A stretch of 64,000 bases of DNA, taken from an uncultured Pseudomonadales bacterium (GTDB lineage: Bacteria > Patescibacteriota > Microgenomatia > UBA1400 > MFAQ01). Below, in pieces: positions 9,904 to 19,186 of the stretch (the first letter of the stretch is position 1; each line of letters opens with the position of its first letter). A program made the position numbers and the translations under genes. Under the pieces are notes generated by a model. It worked only from the letters and a program-made list of their open reading frames with translations. It was not told where the DNA came from and did no database searches. The stretch is from assembly GCA_964439805.1 (NCBI GenBank), contig CAYTOI010000003.1, positions 36,844 to 100,843 of the forward strand. Reading direction: 5' to 3'.

Positions 9904-10004
9904 GTCATTGCGCGAGTCCGTCATTGCGAGGAGTGTAATAACGACGTGGCAATCTACAACCTGTTAATTTTGGACTACCACAGCTCTTTGTGCTTGGCAG
10001 TGAC
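9904..10004. repeat. REP-like palindromic element (GTCATTGCGAGG...GTGGCAATC...degenerate inverted arm)
   Basis: Two tandem GTCATTGCG heads; degenerate inverted arm gactaccac...gcagtgac. Confidence 0.7.
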
Positions 10005-10012
10005 GACATCAA

Positions 10013-10045
10013 TTAGAGTTTTGCGTTTTTGAATTTTAGAGTTTT
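10013..10045. repeat. Degenerate octamer array after efp stop
   Basis: ttagagtt-ttgcgtt-tttgaatt-ttagagtt. Confidence 0.6.
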
Positions 10046-10606
10046 TTAATTCGCTCTCCCTGTATACTCCCCAGTTTCTGTATTTACCTTTATTGTGTCT
10101 CCCTCAGAAATGAACAAGGGCACCATTACAATTAAACCAGACGCAGTCTTTGCAGGCTTAAGAACGTTGCTTACCGTGTTTCCCCTAGCACCAGGTTCTG
10201 TCTCGGTAATGGTAACTATTACAGTGGCTTGTAGCTCTACTCCCAAGATCATTTCTCCCCAAAAAAGCACCCATGCCTTTTCACCTTCTACGAGATACAA
10301 ATAGTCGTCTCCCAAAATCTTCATAGGGATCTCTACCTGTTCAAAGGTATTAGGATCCATAAAATAGGCCTTATCTTCATCCTTGTACAAATACTGGAGG
10401 TGCTTCTTGTCCAAAGTGATATCTTCCACCATGTTGCCAGAAATATAGCCTTTGGTCTCAATTGAGCCTGTAAAAAGGTTCTTAGCCTTAACTTTAATTG
10501 TGGCGTGGCCTCTACCCATCTTGGTAAAGTCATACTTGGTTACACGATAAGGAGTACCTTCTTCGGTAAAAGTTACGCCTACTTTGAGCTTATTTACGTC
10601 AATCAT
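10046..10606 (-). CDS. efp: Elongation factor P
   Basis: KMGRGHA loop, YLY.D, TEPG.RGNT, VPLFI. Confidence 0.95.
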   Translation of the reverse strand: MIDVNKLKVGVTFTEEGTPYRVTKYDFTKMGRGHATIKVKAKNLFTGSIETKGYISGNMVEDITLDKKHLQYLYKDEDKAYFMDPNTFEQVEIPMKILGDDYLYLVEGEKAWVLFWGEMILGVELQATVIVTITETEPGARGNTVSNVLKPAKTASGLIVMVPLFISEGDTIKVNTETGEYTGRAN

Positions 10607-10891
10607 GTGGCTATTTTATACCAATCCCCATAATGGCGCAAAGCGATTATGGGGTTTCAGTATAAGAGGAAGCGCAAGATTTTTCATCTAAATAACGATA
10701 GTTATTGGGAAAAATCGAGCAAGCTCTTAAACCTCAACCTATCCCACGCACAACCCCCTCATGTGCCATAGTAGCTCTATCATACCGGCACCTGTAGGCA
10801 TCTAGTAGCCAAAAAGATAAGAATATGTTATAATATAGGCCTACGAACGTTCAAATTTTAGTTAGGCCTTTAGGCCAAAAAGGACAAATGT

Positions 10892-11086
10892 ATGAATACC
10901 AAAAAGTTGTGTTATGTTACGATTTTTGTAAGTGCAGCACTGAATTTACTTATGTCATTGATGGGAAGATTTTCAGAGAAATTTATGACAGTCCCGGTTT
11001 TTGAGATCAGAGGCATCCTGATCTTGATTTTCATTTTTGCGATTGTTGGGCTTTACTGGAAACCAAAAGGAGAAAATATCAAATGA
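10892..11086 (+). CDS. Small 2-TM orphan protein
   Basis: TGTTATAAT promoter and AAGGA SD upstream. Confidence 0.65.
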   Translation: MNTKKLCYVTIFVSAALNLLMSLMGRFSEKFMTVPVFEIRGILILIFIFAIVGLYWKPKGENIK

Positions 11087-11262
11087 ACTTGCTAATTAGA
11101 TCAATTCAAATACTCTTCATAATCTACGCTGGGTTAATTCTCAGCCAACTTGGCTTTTTCAAAAACGCCAATTGGCCAAATGTTATTTGTGCAGCGTTCG
11201 TGTCAGGAGTATTTGCTTTCTATAGCCTTCGGGCTACAATACGAACAATCAATTCAAAATAA
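11083..11262 (+). CDS. Small 2-TM orphan protein (59 aa, absent from ORF track)
   Basis: ATGA overlap with previous stop, AGGAG SD; MNLLIRSIQILFIIYAG...; terminator follows. Confidence 0.65.
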   Translation: MNLLIRSIQILFIIYAGLILSQLGFFKNANWPNVICAAFVSGVFAFYSLRATIRTINSK

Positions 11263-11275
11263 AGTTAAGCATCGT

Positions 11276-11309
11276 CCCCTGTGGCTTAGTAGCCATAGGG
11301 GATTTTTTT
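11276..11309 (+). terminator. Intrinsic terminator
   Basis: tcccctgtggct-tagt-agccatagggga followed by T-run. Confidence 0.85.
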
Positions 11310-11323
11310 GCGAAAAAACTAAA

Positions 11324-12574
11324 CTAATTCAAATCAATCTTTGTGTCGCAACTCTCACCAACTTTCTCAACATCAACAACATCCACCAGATTCTTACTTT
11401 GGTTTATAGAAACTTTATAACACAATTTAGAATCTGGATTAAAAGGAACCTTCTCTATGTATTTTGGTTCCAAATCTTTCAAATCACCTGGCAATTTATT
11501 TGTCTCAGTAAAATACAAAACTACAGCATTCTGAATCTGTAGTACATTGTTTTTATTCTGAGCATCTCTTGCTTTTTTTATTTGTTTGGCAGGATCAATT
11601 GCCACAAAAATTGCAAAAACTGGTATTACAAGAATACTGAGCAATCCAATCACAGCCATCACCACATAGCCAGTTTTACTCTTCTCAGAAACATCAACTT
11701 TTCCACCCTTAACAGACTTAATATTCTTAAACATGGTAACCAAAAACACTTGTGAATATAGCATTGCCAAATAACCACCAATACTTTGTAAAAACATTAA
11801 AAATTTATTTGTTTCCAAACCTAAAAACATCAAAACAACTTTAATAATTAAAAATACTGAACCTACAAAAACTCCAAATAACAAAAATCTTAAAAAAATT
11901 GACCAGCCAAATCCCCTAACATATTCCCTACTAGCCTGCATAGCTTTAATTCCTCTCAAGTCATCTGAAAGTAGAACAAGTATTGAAAATATAAGTGTCC
12001 CACCCAAAATAATTCCAGGAATTATAAATAACAACAAACCACCAGTGGTGACAAACATTATCAACATAGTAACCCAGAAATACCCAGCAGCAAACTTCCA
12101 GCTTCGCTTGTATGAGTCTATTGCCCCAATATCATCATTCGAAATCAAATTAATTAGAAGAGCAATACTTCCCAAATATTGAGTAATAAAGCCAAAAACA
12201 ACAATTAAAATATAAAATATTACAGTTCCAATGAAAACAAACGTGTTGTAGGGGGCGTTCTTTAAAGCCAAGTTAGACACTGTCGCAGTCAAAATCCCCG
12301 CCAAAACAGCTAATGTGCTTAACAAAAAGTAAGGCAAAACAGATATAAAAAATATGCTCTTAAATTTTCGAACAAATAGAAAATATGCTTCACAAAACAA
12401 GTCAACTATACCCAAATACTCTTCCTTTTCTTTTGGACTAATTGTTTTACCAAGTGCCTCATCCAAATCAGCCTCTGACCATTTATTTAAAACTAACTCC
12501 TTTCGAATATCCTCATCCGGAACTCCTACCAACCTTTTGGTTTTGACATATTCCTGCAGGCTGGGTGTTATCAT
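11324..12574 (-). CDS. Multi-TM protein with C-terminal pilin/GspG-like domain
   Basis: Start moved to ATG 12574 to avoid the tRNA (TATACT 6 nt upstream); IDPAKQIKKARD...AV..Y....LP..L..L.P.YI..VP..P. Confidence 0.7.
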   Translation of the reverse strand: MITPSLQEYVKTKRLVGVPDEDIRKELVLNKWSEADLDEALGKTISPKEKEEYLGIVDLFCEAYFLFVRKFKSIFFISVLPYFLLSTLAVLAGILTATVSNLALKNAPYNTFVFIGTVIFYILIVVFGFITQYLGSIALLINLISNDDIGAIDSYKRSWKFAAGYFWVTMLIMFVTTGGLLLFIIPGIILGGTLIFSILVLLSDDLRGIKAMQASREYVRGFGWSIFLRFLLFGVFVGSVFLIIKVVLMFLGLETNKFLMFLQSIGGYLAMLYSQVFLVTMFKNIKSVKGGKVDVSEKSKTGYVVMAVIGLLSILVIPVFAIFVAIDPAKQIKKARDAQNKNNVLQIQNAVVLYFTETNKLPGDLKDLEPKYIEKVPFNPDSKLCYKVSINQSKNLVDVVDVEKVGESCDTKIDLN

Positions 12575-12649
12575 AAATTTAGTATAACTCCCAATATATT
12601 CAGGAATCCAGTGAATTAGTGCCCAATTTAAGGTAAAATAACAACTATT

Positions 12650-12735
12650 GCCGAGATGGCGGAATGGTATACGCTCAAGTCTCAAAAACTTGTGGTCGCA
12701 AGGCCGTGAGGGTTCGATCCCCTCTCTCGGCACCA
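12650..12735 (+). tRNA. tRNA-Leu(CAA)
   Basis: GCCGAGA/TCTCGGC acceptor stem, CAAGT-CTCAAAA-ACTTG anticodon arm, long variable arm, GTTCGA, encoded CCA. Confidence 0.97.
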
Positions 12736-12737
12736 AG

Positions 12738-12769
12738 AAAATGTTCACCCTTGTGGTGAATATTTTTTT
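12738..12769 (+). terminator. Terminator after tRNA
   Basis: aaaatgttcacc-cttgt-ggtgaatatttttt. Confidence 0.75.
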
Positions 12770-12778
12770 GGTCTAACA

Positions 12779-12948
12779 AGGGGATCGAAAGCCGCAGGAT
12801 CGACGGATCCGAGGCGGGCCTTGAAAAAATTTCAGCAGAAATTTATTAAAAGGCGATCCCCTCTCGATTAATGTCAAAAAAGGGATCGAACAGGCGAAAT
12901 CAAGCTCGTAACGATCTTGATGAGCCCGGGACTCGATCCCCTCTCTCG
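12779..12948. repeat. Two units of inverted plus direct copies of the tRNA T-arm/3' end
   Basis: AGGGGATCGAA 12779, CGATCCCCTCTC 12854, AGGGATCGAAC 12881, TCGATCCCCTCTCTCG 12933. Confidence 0.85.
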
Positions 12949-13019
12949 CCCTCCCCTTCTGCTGTATAATATAGGTCAATTACCCAGCACCATAAAATTT
13001 AAATTCCCAAGGAGATTCA

Positions 13020-13397
13020 ATGAAAAGAAAGATTAAACAGATTACTCTATCTGAAACACACGCTGCCGTACTCGAAGTCAGTTTTCAAATTCTAATTAAC
13101 GAAGCCATTTCAGATCTCGCCAAAAATCACCCAAATCCTCCAAAGATTGAAATCATTACAGATTTTGGCGATTCCTTACAAGGCATGACAAGCTGCAATG
13201 CAAGTGTTGATGATTTTATACATACATTGGAGAAGGATGAAACCGTTGACGACGTTGATATTATTTTTACCTCAGATGGTAACGGCAAATTCTATTACTT
13301 TTTTGTCATTAATCCTGTGCCGGAAATTACTTTCCAATTCACCTCAGACAATAGCTACATAAAAGTCTGCATCATCTATCGCCAAAACAAGGAATGA
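13020..13397 (+). CDS. Orphan protein
   Basis: TATAAT, AAGGAG SD, terminator 13411-13437. Confidence 0.7.
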   Translation: MKRKIKQITLSETHAAVLEVSFQILINEAISDLAKNHPNPPKIEIITDFGDSLQGMTSCNASVDDFIHTLEKDETVDDVDIIFTSDGNGKFYYFFVINPVPEITFQFTSDNSYIKVCIIYRQNKE

Positions 13398-13410
13398 AAA
13401 TCTAATATTC

Positions 13411-13437
13411 AAACCGACTCGCAAGAGTCGGTTTTTT
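13411..13437 (+). terminator. Intrinsic terminator
   Basis: aaaccgactc-gcaa-gagtcggtttttt. Confidence 0.85.
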
Positions 13438-13442
13438 AGTTC

Positions 13443-14039
13443 CTATAGACCCAACAACTCCTCCACCTTCTCCCAGTTCACCACTTGCCACCAAGCCTTT
13501 ACATAATCTACTCTTTTATTTTTGTACTTCAAGTAATATGCATGTTCCCAAACATCAATCGTGAGTATCGGTGTTTTGTTCTCCACGAGGGGGTTATCTT
13601 GATTTGCAGTAGACATAATTTCCAAACTTCCATCAATATTTTTTACTAGCCAAGCCCAGCCACTACCAAATCTTCCCATAGCCGCTTTCTCAAAAAGTCC
13701 CATAAATTCCTCCACAGTTCCAAAATTCTCTTCCAACTTCATTTTTACCGCTTCACTCATTTTTGAGGTATTTGGCTTGGTCATTATTCCCCAGAAAAAA
13801 TCATGATTCCAAACTCCCCCTGCATTATTTTTTACAGTTACATCAGTACAGGCGAGAAGATTTTGCAAATCATCCCCCTGCAAACCAACATTCCCGTCCA
13901 ACAATTTATTCAAGTTGTCTGCATAAGTCTGATGATGCTTATCGTGGTGAATCTCCATCGTCTCCTTGTCAATCACCGGCTCCAAAAAATCATATGTGTA
14001 TTCCAAACTATTAATACTGAAAGGGTAATTTTTATTCAT
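13443..14039 (-). CDS. sodA: Fe/Mn superoxide dismutase
   Basis: HHDKHH, NH..FW, FGSGWAWL, DVWEHAYY. Confidence 0.95.
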   Translation of the reverse strand: MNKNYPFSINSLEYTYDFLEPVIDKETMEIHHDKHHQTYADNLNKLLDGNVGLQGDDLQNLLACTDVTVKNNAGGVWNHDFFWGIMTKPNTSKMSEAVKMKLEENFGTVEEFMGLFEKAAMGRFGSGWAWLVKNIDGSLEIMSTANQDNPLVENKTPILTIDVWEHAYYLKYKNKRVDYVKAWWQVVNWEKVEELLGL

Positions 14040-14075
14040 ACTTGGACTTAATTTGTATAAGTTAATAATAACATA

Positions 14076-15392
14076 CTAGTCTTTTCTTCCATGATCCACT
14101 CCGTAAAATTTGACTCTATCACCCTTAAATTTCAAATCAATTACTCCAAGTCCACCATTACGATGTTTAGCAATAGAAAGCTTAACATCTTCTACCAAGT
14201 TATCATCATTTCTGTACAAAAACATAACTACGTCAGCATCTTGCTCAATACTTCCAGACTCACGCAAGTCCGAAAGTTGTGGAGACTTGTCAGTTCTATT
14301 TTCAATTCCACGATTAAGCTGTGAAAGCGCCAGAACCGGAACACGAAGTTCACGAGCTAAGTTTTTTAAACCCTGAGAAATAGCACCAACTTCTTGCACG
14401 CGACTCTCATAACTTTTATCTCCCACCACTAGCTGCAAGTAGTCAACCACCAATAATTTCAGACCTACTTGCGAGTGCAGCTTACGAGCTTTGGTACGAA
14501 TTTCTAGAATCGATTGTCCAGGAGTATCGTCAATAAACAGTGGCGAGTCGGCCATCACTCCCATTGCTTCCGAAAGTTTTGCAAAGTCATCATCTTTAAG
14601 GTTTCCTGTCTTCAATTTCCATGCATCAATATTGGCCTGTCCTACAAGCATACGATCAACCATTTCCAAGTTACTCATTTCTAGTGCAAAGTACCCAACC
14701 GGCATTTTTTTCTCTACTGCCACGTACTGTGCAATATTTGTGGCAAAAGTAGTTTTACCAATACCAGGGCGAGCCGCCAAAATAATCAAGTTAGAGTCTT
14801 GCATACCAGCCAGCATATTATCAAGATCAGCAAAACCGGAAGGTACACCACGCAAACCATCAGGAGAGTTGTGCAGAGAATCTAGTCGATCAAAACTTTC
14901 AGCGAGTGCGTCTTTAATAGCCACAAATGATTTTTTGATATGTGTTTGCGAAAGTGCGTAAATACTTTGCTCTGCTTTATCCAAAATTTCTATTAAGGGC
15001 TTACCTTCATCAAATCCCATCTCTCCCATCTCTGCTCCAGCCGAAATCAAAAGCCTCTTTATATAACAATCGCGAACAATTTGTGAATACTTTATAACGT
15101 GAGAAGCCACAGGCACTTCATTAGAAAGCTCGGCCAAATAAGACTTGCCTCCTACCCTATCCAAAAGTTTTTCTTTTTTCAGCCAATCCGATACAGTCAA
15201 TACATCGATAGGATCTCTATTCTCATATAGAGTCATCATGCCCTCATAAATTTTTCCGTTATTCTCGTTATAAAACATCTCCGATCGCAGTGCCACCGAA
15301 ATATCCACAATTGCATTTTTATCAATAAGAATAGCGCCAAGAATTGATTTCTCGGCATCGTCTGCGTGTGGAGGAACTCGAAAGTTAGCCAT
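14076..15392 (-). CDS. dnaB: Replicative DNA helicase
   Basis: AARPGIGKT, DYLQL, LSQLNR, DLRESGSIEQDAD, KHRNG. Confidence 0.97.
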   Translation of the reverse strand: MANFRVPPHADDAEKSILGAILIDKNAIVDISVALRSEMFYNENNGKIYEGMMTLYENRDPIDVLTVSDWLKKEKLLDRVGGKSYLAELSNEVPVASHVIKYSQIVRDCYIKRLLISAGAEMGEMGFDEGKPLIEILDKAEQSIYALSQTHIKKSFVAIKDALAESFDRLDSLHNSPDGLRGVPSGFADLDNMLAGMQDSNLIILAARPGIGKTTFATNIAQYVAVEKKMPVGYFALEMSNLEMVDRMLVGQANIDAWKLKTGNLKDDDFAKLSEAMGVMADSPLFIDDTPGQSILEIRTKARKLHSQVGLKLLVVDYLQLVVGDKSYESRVQEVGAISQGLKNLARELRVPVLALSQLNRGIENRTDKSPQLSDLRESGSIEQDADVVMFLYRNDDNLVEDVKLSIAKHRNGGLGVIDLKFKGDRVKFYGVDHGRKD

Positions 15393-16050
15393 TCATGAGT
15401 AATACCTGAGTGTCGTCGGGCAAACTACTCTGGTCTAATTTAATTTTATGAACCGATTCTGCGGTTACTGGATATTTATTTTTCTCCAAAAACTTAGACA
15501 AAGGCTCCAATGTAGTTAGCTCGCCTTTGGTTTTGTCTGTTTTGTAGTGCATAGGAATTAAGTAGCTCGGAGAAATTTCTTTTACCACTTCATGAACTTG
15601 TTCTGGAGTAAGGCTAATACTTCCACCTACAGGTGTCATCATAATATCTACCGACCCCAAGCGTTCTACTTGTGAAGCACTCAAGTTGTGACCCAAGTCA
15701 CCAAGATGAACCACATTCATACCATCCATTATTATGGAAAAAATTAAGTTCTTTCCTCTTTCGTCTCCATTTGTTTTATCGTGATATGTTTTTAAAGCCG
15801 TTATCAACACTCCCGCAATTTCGTACTCCCCTTCTTTATCTATTACAAATACTTTCTCTCTATTAATAGGTCCAGTTATTACTTCTGCGGCATTGTGATC
15901 ATCATGATTGTGAGAAATGAGCAGTACATCAGCCACATCTTTTGGCAAAGTTTCTCCTACAAACTCTGATTTGTATGGATCTATATACAACACCAATCCA
16001 GATTTATTTTTAAGCTTAAAACAAGAGTGACCCAAATATGTAATTTCCAT
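15385..16050 (-). CDS. Metallo-beta-lactamase-fold hydrolase
   Basis: YLGHSCF, SHNHDDH, HLGDLG, PMHY. Confidence 0.9.
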   Translation of the reverse strand: MEITYLGHSCFKLKNKSGLVLYIDPYKSEFVGETLPKDVADVLLISHNHDDHNAAEVITGPINREKVFVIDKEGEYEIAGVLITALKTYHDKTNGDERGKNLIFSIIMDGMNVVHLGDLGHNLSASQVERLGSVDIMMTPVGGSISLTPEQVHEVVKEISPSYLIPMHYKTDKTKGELTTLEPLSKFLEKNKYPVTAESVHKIKLDQSSLPDDTQVLLMNG

Positions 16051-16135
16051 GAAACAATATTACCATGAGAATCAACTAATCGTAAAAAGAAAGTTGCAAA
16101 TCTCCCTACAAACTGCTATTCTTTGTCGAAAGACA

Positions 16136-16579
16136 ATGAGAAAAGAAGTATCTATTGCAATCATTATCGGTGTCATCCTTGGAGGCATCATTCTTTATGG
16201 AATAAACTTTGCCAACAACGGACTCAGCACCATCCCAAAACCTACCCCCACTCCTACTATCACACCTCTCCCTACATCTATACCTAGCAATCCAAACGCA
16301 GCTGCAAACTCCACTCTTAGTATTACTTCCCACATCGACGGACAAGTTCTCTTCGAAAAAGATATAGTCCTCACAGGCAAAGCAAATCCCAATGCAAGCG
16401 TTTCCATAATCTGGGAAGACAACGAAGAAATTATTTCAGCAGATGCTACCGGCAACTTTTCCCAAAAAATCACACTTGTCGCCGGCGAAAACAATATTCA
16501 GGTAGATACTACAAAGTCCGACAAGACCTTAGATTCCAAAGTTATAAAGATTTTTTATAGCTCCAAAATAATCGAATGA
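16136..16579 (+). CDS. Membrane-anchored Ig-like domain protein
   Basis: TM, PT-rich linker, G.F...ITL..GEN.I; start moved to ATG 16136. Confidence 0.75.
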   Translation: MRKEVSIAIIIGVILGGIILYGINFANNGLSTIPKPTPTPTITPLPTSIPSNPNAAANSTLSITSHIDGQVLFEKDIVLTGKANPNASVSIIWEDNEEIISADATGNFSQKITLVAGENNIQVDTTKSDKTLDSKVIKIFYSSKIIE

Positions 16580-17223
16580 ACAAAAAAATAATCACAATTT
16601 TAGTTTTTTGCTTTTTTGTGTTTTTGACTTTTTCAAAAGCTGCAAATGCCGTTACCAGCACCCCATCCGCTACTCCTAGCATGCAACTAGAAGAAAAAAT
16701 AAAAACCCTAGTCAAAGAAAATCTCGAAACCACCGAAGGCTTAGTTCAAAAAGAAGTCGTCGCCAAGTCTCTCCTAGGCTATTCCGGAAAAGTAAAGTCA
16801 GTTGGTACCAAAAACATTACTTTAGAAATAGACAAAGACCTTCTCCAAATCGCTGTCCTCCCTACTACCACAATCACCAAAGCAGGTGCTGAAATAAAAA
16901 CATCAGCTCTAGCTCTAGGTGACAAGTTGATTGTCATTGGCTCAAAAACCAAAGATGCTGCTATAGAAGCAAAAGTCATCAATGTCATTCCAGAAGTTGA
17001 CGAAGCCACACTAGTAATCACCAAAGCCGAAGTAGCAATAATTTCCAAAATAGATCTTAAGAAAAAAACTTTTAGCCTAAACATCAAAGGCCAAGACGTT
17101 GCCTTCACTCTCTCAAAAAAATCGACCGTCAAACTAGAAAACTTCACCGATGGCGACCAAATCCTCGCAATCACAAAGAAGTACCAAGGCAAATTCTCCC
17201 TCTCCCGCGCAATCAAAATATAA
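16576..17223 (+). CDS. Secreted protein with tandem OB-like (DUF5666-like) repeats
   Basis: Signal peptide; G.V..V..., L..GD.L.V.G pattern twice. Confidence 0.65.
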   Translation: MNKKIITILVFCFFVFLTFSKAANAVTSTPSATPSMQLEEKIKTLVKENLETTEGLVQKEVVAKSLLGYSGKVKSVGTKNITLEIDKDLLQIAVLPTTTITKAGAEIKTSALALGDKLIVIGSKTKDAAIEAKVINVIPEVDEATLVITKAEVAIISKIDLKKKTFSLNIKGQDVAFTLSKKSTVKLENFTDGDQILAITKKYQGKFSLSRAIKI

Positions 17224-17270
17224 AATTTTCGAAGTGCAGAAGTATAGCAAAAACTGCACGGAACATTCCC

Positions 17271-17296
17271 TGTCATTCCTGCGAGGCAGGAATCCA
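17271..17296. repeat. REP-like GTCATTCCTGC-GAG-GCAGGAATCC palindrome
   Basis: ATTCCTGC/GCAGGAAT inverted repeat with GTC head. Confidence 0.7.
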
Positions 17297-17312
17297 TTCA
17301 GACACTCCATAT

Positions 17313-17344
17313 TTAGAGTTTTTGAGTTCTTGAGTTCTTGAGTT
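17313..17344. repeat. Octamer array, intergenic between plus-strand genes
   Basis: ttagagtt-tttgagtt-cttgagtt-cttgagtt. Confidence 0.85.
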
Positions 17345-17364
17345 TTTTTCTTTATCATTAACCA

Positions 17365-18243
17365 ATGCCCGCTATTTCCAAAAACCGCTTTTTTGCGTAC
17401 TCCCTTCTATTGTTAAACTCCGCACTCTGGGGCTTTTCTGTTCCCATTATCAAGTACTCACTTCAATTCGTCTCCCCTCCCCTTTTCCTTTTTTATCGTT
17501 ATCTCCTCGCTACTTTTTTATTCTTTCCCATTTTTCTTATTTACAAAGCAAGAAACAAACACCAAAAAATAAATCATCAGCATCACATCACTCTCGCCCT
17601 TCTTGGTACTCCTCTCACTCTTCTCCCTCTTTTTTATGGTCTTATGGCCAGCTCTGCCATAGAAAGTTCTATTCTCGAGTCCTCTGCTCCCATCTTTGTT
17701 ATTCTTGGTGGACTAGTATATTTGAAAGAGAAAGTGAGACCAAAGGAATGGCTAGGAATCATTATTGCTTTAGCAGGAACTCTTTTTCTCAGTCTTTATC
17801 CCCTCCTCGGATCCACTGGTTTTAACAACCTTTCTCTCAAAGGTAATCTTTTAATCATCTTCAGCAACATTATCTGGGCAGCTTTTCTTATCATGAGCAA
17901 AAAGGACCACACCAACCCTATTTACCTTAGCTTTTATTCTTTTCTCCTCAGTATCCCTTTTTTCTTACTTATTTCCCTCAACAGTCCTACTAGCCTAAAC
18001 CTCAATCCTCAAGCTCTACCAGGAATCCTATACATGGCCATCTGCGGATCCATAATTGCCTTTTGGGCCTATATCGAGGGCCAGCGACGCATAGAAGCTT
18101 CCGAAGCTGCTATTTTTAGCTACCTGAAGCCAGCCTTTACTATCCCCCTCGCCTACATCTGGCTCAAAGAACCGTTCACACCTATAGCTGCCATCTCCAC
18201 GCTCGTCATCCTCCTTGGTGTATATCTCTCCGAGCACAGATAG
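17365..18243 (+). CDS. EamA/DMT family transporter
   Basis: 10 TMs, LWG, P.F.......L.EK, P.......WL.E. Confidence 0.9.
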   Translation: MPAISKNRFFAYSLLLLNSALWGFSVPIIKYSLQFVSPPLFLFYRYLLATFLFFPIFLIYKARNKHQKINHQHHITLALLGTPLTLLPLFYGLMASSAIESSILESSAPIFVILGGLVYLKEKVRPKEWLGIIIALAGTLFLSLYPLLGSTGFNNLSLKGNLLIIFSNIIWAAFLIMSKKDHTNPIYLSFYSFLLSIPFFLLISLNSPTSLNLNPQALPGILYMAICGSIIAFWAYIEGQRRIEASEAAIFSYLKPAFTIPLAYIWLKEPFTPIAAISTLVILLGVYLSEHR

Positions 18244-18281
18244 TATCCATCGTAATTGCAGCCTCAAATACCCCATAGCAT

Positions 18282-18310
18282 TTGACTTTTAGCCTCAAGT
18301 GTGCTAATAT
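18282..18310 (+). promoter_or_regulatory. sigma70-type promoter of orphan unit
   Basis: TTGACT-N17-TAATAT with TG extension; AGCCTCAA in spacer. Confidence 0.6.
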
Positions 18311-18373
18311 CCTACAGATTCGACTGAATCAAACTTTGATAAATTATGGCCACAGGCCAAAGGATGGTAAAAA

Positions 18374-18844
18374 ATGAAAATTTTCAGAATGATGTTCGGT
18401 ACGGATAGCGAGCAGGCTGCTCGCGATCGCGCAAGTTTCTTCTTGACAGCCTGCGTGATATTTATTGCCGTCAGTCTTCCCGTGTACGTTAGCGGGTTGA
18501 CCCCATACAACTGGACAAAGTTAAGCATCGGAACGTTTGGCATCTTCGTTGGCATGTTCTTCTTCGGAGTCTTTACTGTCAACTATGTCAAGTTGACAGG
18601 ACCATTCATCAACAAAAAGGTATTCATTGCCTCACTGGACTATTGGTCCATGCCTGTTTTCATAGCAAGCGTATTTGCCATTTTGGTTCTCCTCGGCATA
18701 TCAACAATCAATGGCCAGCTTTGGGAAAACGGTTTAATCAACCCCTGGACAGTTACAATAATGGGATTACTAGGGATGGGCTCCATAGCCTTCATCGCTA
18801 AAGCCCTCATTTGGAACAATAAGGCGAACAACCATGAGCTTTAA
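18374..18844 (+). CDS. 4-TM orphan membrane protein
   Basis: Four hydrophobic segments; own promoter. Confidence 0.7.
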   Translation: MKIFRMMFGTDSEQAARDRASFFLTACVIFIAVSLPVYVSGLTPYNWTKLSIGTFGIFVGMFFFGVFTVNYVKLTGPFINKKVFIASLDYWSMPVFIASVFAILVLLGISTINGQLWENGLINPWTVTIMGLLGMGSIAFIAKALIWNNKANNHEL

Positions 18845-19058
18845 TTTCCAGATGCCGGGAGAAAGCGACAGGGGTCTCTCAGAAGCCCAAAAAGCAATAT
18901 CATTTCAGATATTCTTAAGGCTCTTGATAGCTGCAGTTGTTCTTGGTTTGCTTGGTGGGTTTCTAGTAATCCTAATGCAAACTTGGGCATGGGTTCTGAT
19001 CTGGTTTGCCGTTGTTATCGGCTTTTGGGCTCTACTGTATGGTTCAGCCAGCCAATAG
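18834..19058 (+). CDS. 2-TM orphan membrane protein
   Basis: Overlaps previous stop; terminator 19077-19107 follows. Confidence 0.65.
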   Translation: MSFNFQMPGESDRGLSEAQKAISFQIFLRLLIAAVVLGLLGGFLVILMQTWAWVLIWFAVVIGFWALLYGSASQ

Positions 19059-19127
19059 GCATGAATCGCTTCTACGACTCGTCACTTTAAAAGGTGGCGA
19101 GTTTTTTATGGCCAAAAATACCTAAAC

Positions 19128-19155
19128 CTGACATCTGAGATCTGAGAACTGCAAA
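19128..19155. repeat. Heptamer (CTGAGAT)x4 array upstream of rpmE
   Basis: ctgacat-ctgagat-ctgagaa-ctgcaaa. Confidence 0.75.
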
Positions 19156-19186
19156 CTTGCCCCAGGCGTGTTAAAATACTGGAGCT

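Noticed and set aside
12575-12748. N-terminal extension of the 11324..12748 ORF, and ORF 12773..12979
   Set aside because: These are antisense readings of the tRNA and its mirror repeats; the likely start is ATG 12574
12736-13440. Prophage or integrative island at tRNA-Leu
   Set aside because: No integrase or phage genes; the repeats span under 250 bp and include inverted copies
17134-17358. Short ORFs containing TQELKNSKT (also 50387..50575 and 47260..47511)
   Set aside because: Chance readings through intergenic octamer arrays that overlap real genes
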